This document shows positions 59,046 to 64,000 of a DNA stretch of 64,000 bases, one piece after another. Below the pieces are notes generated by a model. That model was not told where the DNA came from and did not search any database. It saw only the letters and a program-made list of their open reading frames with translations. The DNA lies in NCBI GenBank assembly GCA_049999805.1, contig JBNGIO010006191.1:162151-226150 (forward strand), in the 5' to 3' direction. Origin of the DNA: Folioceros fuciformis. Its lineage: Eukaryota. Position 1 is the first letter of the stretch. The number at the start of each line of letters is the position of its first letter. The translations under genes and the position numbers were made by a program.

Positions 59046-61705
59046 TCATCCTCGCCTGCTCCTCCTGCTTCCTCTACTGGACCGAGTATTGCTACCTCTC
59101 ACGACATCAGGTGCGGGAATTGCCAGTACAGTGCCATCGCGGATGTCTTCAAGGTTGGAGTTTTCTATCGTCTTCTGTGCCTCTATGTACACCATGCAGT
59201 CTCTCACCTGCGAACAAATGGCGTTGTAGTGAGGGGCCATTCATTCTGCTCTTCGTGCCTACTAGTAAATTCATAGCTCAATCACGAGTACCGAACCTGT
59301 TCTTCTAGGTCAGATATCCGCTTGTCTTTCTCCAAAACAGCTGCTTGGTGCCTGTCAAAGAAAAACGCCGGTCTCAGACCTATCGGACGTTGTAAGCATG
59401 GATCCAGCAGAGGTGTGGGGAATGAGCACCACTATGACGCACCTTTCTTCCACCTCTTTCAACTTCCGCTGCCATATTGTTTGATTTTCGGCTAGTGATT
59501 TGTTCACCTGCAAAACGGAAGGAACTCATCACGACATGCCAATAGACTGCTTTCCCTTTCAACGGAAAGACCAGATTCTGCAGTACCTGTTGCAGGAATT
59601 TCAATTCCTTCTCCTTCGACTCTATCTTGCCATCCATCTTTTCTTGTAGCTTTTGCAGCCTCACCCTGAAGGATTTCTCCACGGCCTCAGAGATGCGCTG
59701 TTCTGTCTCCACTAGCATTCCCTCGTAGTGCTGGAAACATGCAATGAACAAACACTGGTGGGCAATTGGGCCTAACTGCAGACAGACAACCTTGCAGACA
59801 GTACACTTGAGAGCCATAAGGCCCAGGCATAGGGCCTCAATTGAAAACCAAATGTTACCTGTCTCTGACTTTCAAGCTGGGTAGTCAACAGGTGATTGTA
59901 TTCATACGAGATCTGCATCAGAGAGACAAATCACTCCTTGTTTGCTGGACTTGGGATTTTGCGTTGAAGAGCAAATTGCAGAGGTCAGTGCACATATGAC
60001 CTACTGCTTCCAGTTTACTGTCATGGACCGCTTCCATCATGTCTGACCCCCTGCTACATTCACAGCTATCCTCACTGCCTTCCCTGCAAGGCGCTGGAAG
60101 CTCTACAAGCTTTCCATCAGTCTTGGATTGTATCAACCGATGGACATACCCATCCCCCACATAGTCCCACACTCGCTGTGTCTCGAGTTCTAGTGAATAG
60201 CAATGGTTGGTGAGCTTGAAATGATTCTCTGCATGCCCTGCTGCATATCTGCAAGCTCAACAACGAGTACTTTCATTCAACTTCCTCAAGTGCATTTGGC
60301 AGAGAAACCTTCACTGTCAATGAGCTCTTTGTACCTCCCACAGCCAACAAACCCGCAAATGACACAAATCCAAAGGCTTTCGGATGTCCCACAAACAGAG
60401 CAAGTCGAATTCTGAGAAGTTTGGCAGTATCGGCATACCTGCAAGACCAACGGTTAGGTGTTCAACTTCGCACACCATTCAAGCAAAAAGAGAATGTTCC
60501 GGTCAAAGAACTTACTGGACATGACGAATCTGTCCACTTCGAGATACATGTACTGTGGAATGAGTGGTTGCAAACAGTGGTAAGGATTCCACTGATGTGC
60601 TGATCGAGCCTCTCTGTTTACAAAAAAGGAGAGTGTTAGAAACTTTCAATCCTAACATCACAAAGTGGGTACTGTTAGTGGACTACTTCAAAGAATTTTA
60701 CAAATCTTGCAAACCAAAGAGCACACAGTGGTGACAAGGAGAACATACCAAGGCAGACAGGGCAATTCGGGAGCTCTGTCAGACCCGCTGGAGGAGTTGA
60801 GGCTTGCTCTTCAGAATCAGTGTACTGTACATCTGCAGTGTAGACGACATGACAGACCTCTTCCTGTCACAGAAATCATGGTTAATTCATCCGTGTCATT
60901 TGAAGTCCTTAGCAAGAAGGACTGGACAACAGAAGAAAAGACCTCCACACTATTGAGGAAACCACTTGCGCTTGTGCGTTTGCTAATGGAAGCTGGGTCG
61001 AAAAACCCCGTGGTACCAAATTACACCAGAAGACAGACAAGATGCTTGCTCCGACAGGAAATAAATACCTCCAAAGAAGAAAACTTTTTCCCATTGTAGT
61101 GTTGGTAGAAAGCGTCAGCTGAAGCCACAGAGTCGAATGTCATGAGAACACAAAATCTGTCCTGGACGCCATCCGGCCTGAAGAAGGCAGAAGAATAAGA
61201 ACGAAGGCTTGCAAAGGAAAGACCGCGCAACAAAGGAAGCGGACTTGGTCCAAACCTGACCATCCTCATCTTGGAGATGTTCTGCAAAAATGATCCCGTG
61301 AATTGACAGAAATCGGATCCGGTCATGTGGTTCGGAACCGCCAGCACACACAGGTGCTCCCTACGACCCTCCTGCACAAAAATTCATCTCTCCAAAACTC
61401 AGCTTACGCGTCAACGCCTGGAAACAACTTCCTCCCGCACATCAACGGACAAGTCTCACCGGAAGCTTATCCACGGAATCGGGATCTATCTTGGTGTTCC
61501 GGAACAGGTGCACCACTCCCCGGGTGGCTTCCACCCTGGGATTCCCGGAGGAAAATCTGAGCGTGGTAATGTCCCCAGAAGTGCCTTCCTCCTCCACAGC
61601 TACCCCGCTGGGCGATGCTTCGGAATTCTGCGCCATATCCTGAGATGTCATTCCTGACTCGCACTCCAGCACCCGATCCAACGCGTACACCTTCACAATA
61701 AACAT
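59046..61705 (-). CDS. BRIZ: BRAP2 RING ZnF-UBP domain E3 ligase (BRIZ1/2-like), multi-exon
   Basis: MFIVKV..., FSSGNPRVEATRGVVHLFR, LCVLAVPNHM, ADAFYQHYNGKKFSSLE, ELPVCLVCLERLD, TTVCNHSFH, CQVCRY, WICVICGFVGCGRY, VWDYVGDGYVHRLIQSKTDGKLVE. Confidence 0.92.
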
Positions 61706-62699
61706 CACGGTGGCAGCACCAGGAGATTAATCCGGCACGGTCACCGTGGGGATCTCTCCATGAGCATAACCAATTCCAAACTTCTTTGTTCTACACCTAT
61801 ACTTCATATCTGATTATCGCGTCCCACATCTTCTCCTCAAGGCAGCCTGCTCTGCTGCACGTCGAGATGCATGCCGCGTTCACATACGTCTCCGTCTCCG
61901 ATCCCGATTCAACATCATTTAGGGTTTATAGTTTGGAGACGGATTTGTGGGGTTTGCGATGCATTTCCAAGTTGGCATGGGGTTAAAGCTCGTCTGCGAG
62001 AGTGGGCCCTGTGTTGTTTAAAAACGCGTTGCAGTTGTAATCCGTGCCTTCCCAGGAGTCTCGTTCCGAACGACTCGTCTTCCCTTTCGTTTGGCCTTCC
62101 CGTTTGCGGCACTGCACGATCTGGTTTCCAGCGGCGGGGGGGACAGCTCCGCCTGCGGCAGGAGGGCCTGGGCCTAGCCATCAATTTTTTGTCTTCGTGT
62201 TTTGTTTAGTGGAAGGACTGGATCGAATTGGAAGAAGTTTGGTGGCGTCATTCAGACCTAGACCACCTACTGACCTGCGTTAGCCCCGTCGTCCTACTTC
62301 CACCTTGACGTGTGTGTTTGTACCTGGACAATCCTAACTCGAGGCTGACACAAGCTGGAAGGATGATCGTTATGGGTTATCCAATGTAAGGTGCGTTTGC
62401 TTAAAAATCGTTTCCAAATCTTCTGTTTAATCTTCAGATTCAGGATTCGAGAATGCAAGTCGCTTCCGTCGGCCCGGAAGGAAAGATGATTAAAACCCAA
62501 TACCAAGGGATTTCATGGTATACCTGCAGTACCCTCTCCAAAGCATCTTCTCATTCAAGTGCTGGTCCAAGCGCAGCAGACACTACGCACTTATCTATAT
62601 ACCTGAGACATTTTCACTGCGCAAGCACCACCTCGTAGCAAGTGGTCAATCAAGTGACTGCAACCAGCTATGACGTAATCCAAACAATGGTCAGTGATG

Positions 62700-63493
62700 T
62701 AAGCAGGACACTCGTCTCGTGTTTTGCAGCCTAGCAGTCCCTAGCTGAACTGTGCATGGTCCAGTAATCAGAGGCGTCGTGCATGGCACCACACTCTTTA
62801 TGGCAAAGAAGTGAATTCCCGGGCAAACTGCCCGTAACATTCCAGCTCCCCAGCGTGGGATCGAAGACCAGTATGGCCGCGAGTTCCCTAACCCCCATCT
62901 CCCAAGACAACATCCGGCCTTCGCGCACCGCCACCAGCTTGAAGCAGCGTCCTGTGGCGTCCACGAAGATGCGTCGCAAATCCTTCAACATGACGGAATC
63001 CGGGAACTCCAGCAGCCAGGCCCAGGAGCTGGTCAGGGGGTTGCCGACGGCGTGGGGCAAGAGCGCAGTTGCAGCCTGACGTCTAGACCTGGTGGTCAGG
63101 ATGACGCCGCCAGCTGCGGACGCCGAGCGCACGTTCACACGCCGGGACGGGGAGGATCGCAGCCAGACCGGGAGCCGGGGTTGGTACCGTTTATCCGAGG
63201 CAGGGTCGTAGGCGCAGGAGGCGACGCCGGCGCGGCGTCGCGAACAGCATCCATGGGTCCGATACACCTCCCCGACATGCTAGCCCCTCCCGAGAAAACA
63301 AGGGCGAAACCAACACCTCCTTGCAAACTTTGCACACAGCACCCGACCGCAACAGGCTCACCAGCGGCAGCTGCACCAGGGTCGTGGTTGAAATGTCGTT
63401 AGGCAGATTGCCACAGCTCCGCTCCCCAACGAGCTCGTGCGCATCGGCACCCGCGTCCTCATGGGACGTTTCCTCCGCTCGAGTGGATGACAT
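62700..63493 (-). pseudogene. Degenerate F-box (kelch-associated type) gene
   Basis: F-box-like GNLPNDISTTTLVQLPLVSLLRSGAVCKVCKEVL; in another frame FKLVAV...ILVFDPTLGSW; the frame breaks with no obvious intron. Confidence 0.55.
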
Positions 63494-63898
63494 CTCAACC
63501 CACCGGGACTGAGGGTTCAGTGGAACTGGGCTCGCGCACTTTAATAGCGCTTGCACAAACCTAATGGGGTTCTCAGTATCTCATCAAGCCCGCACAAACA
63601 TACCAGTTCTGCACTGCAAACTTGCTTGCTGGCTCGTCCACATCCTTCCCTGCGTTCCTGATTCGCTAGTCTTAGCCGCTCATCTTGTACTTCAAACATT
63701 CTGCTGGTCGACATTGCTGCAGTAGCACCTGGGCTCATGATCATGGATGGAGCTTTAAATACACATAAACCCGATCCTGATCATATCCCGATGCAGGTGA
63801 GACGTGCACGGGTTTCGGAGACGTAGGGTTTTTGACTGTGTCGGTTTACCGAAGCATTTCAAGTTTGGTGCAGTTTAAATGTCGTCTGCGGATGTGGG

Positions 63899-64000
63899 TA
63901 TGGCATACCAAAGGGGACACTCTCTCACTATGCATTTTTTAATGCTTTCTCATGGGGTATCGTCGTTTTGGGCTGGATGCCGGGCGGCCTTAGGGCAGAA
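63899..64000. mobile_element. Terminus of another copy of the TATGGCATGCCAAAGGGGACAC TIR family
   Basis: TATGGCATACCAAAGGGGACACTCTCTCACT matches the reverse complement of 24441-24471 at 29/31. Confidence 0.6.

Overview
This is gene-dense, intron-containing land-plant nuclear DNA, most likely from a hornwort (Anthoceros-like). That inference rests on PLS-PPR genes whose DYW:KP domains end in 'GRP', on short introns and on tight gene spacing. Genes in order: RPL35, an endosulfine/ARPP19-like gene, a head-to-head pair of MEP-pathway genes (HDS/ispG and DXS), a DYW:KP(GRP) PPR gene, a PLS-E+ (WW-type) PPR ORF directly followed by an intronless hydroxy(phenyl)pyruvate/glyoxylate reductase, a second DYW:KP(GRP) PPR gene, eIF6, a KLC-like TPR gene, an internally duplicated LRR gene, a PPR pseudogene, HAL3/PPCDC, a DOMON-cytochrome b561 gene, CMC2 (twin CX9C), tRNA-Leu(CAA), BRIZ/BRAP2 and an F-box remnant. 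Transposon relics and tandem repeats lie between them. Three observations stand out. (1) A CMC2-HAL3 unit with only 46 nt between the ORFs (apparently bicistronic, with a conserved M-x-C-C-G-x micro-uORF in the spacer) was duplicated and resolved reciprocally: one copy kept HAL3 and lost CMC2, the other the reverse. (2) The candidate U-to-C editing PPRs carry an N-terminal OSB-type PDF ssDNA-binding motif. (3) DXS and HDS are divergently paired. Gene models were read by eye from GT-AG sites and recalled protein families; no database search was run.
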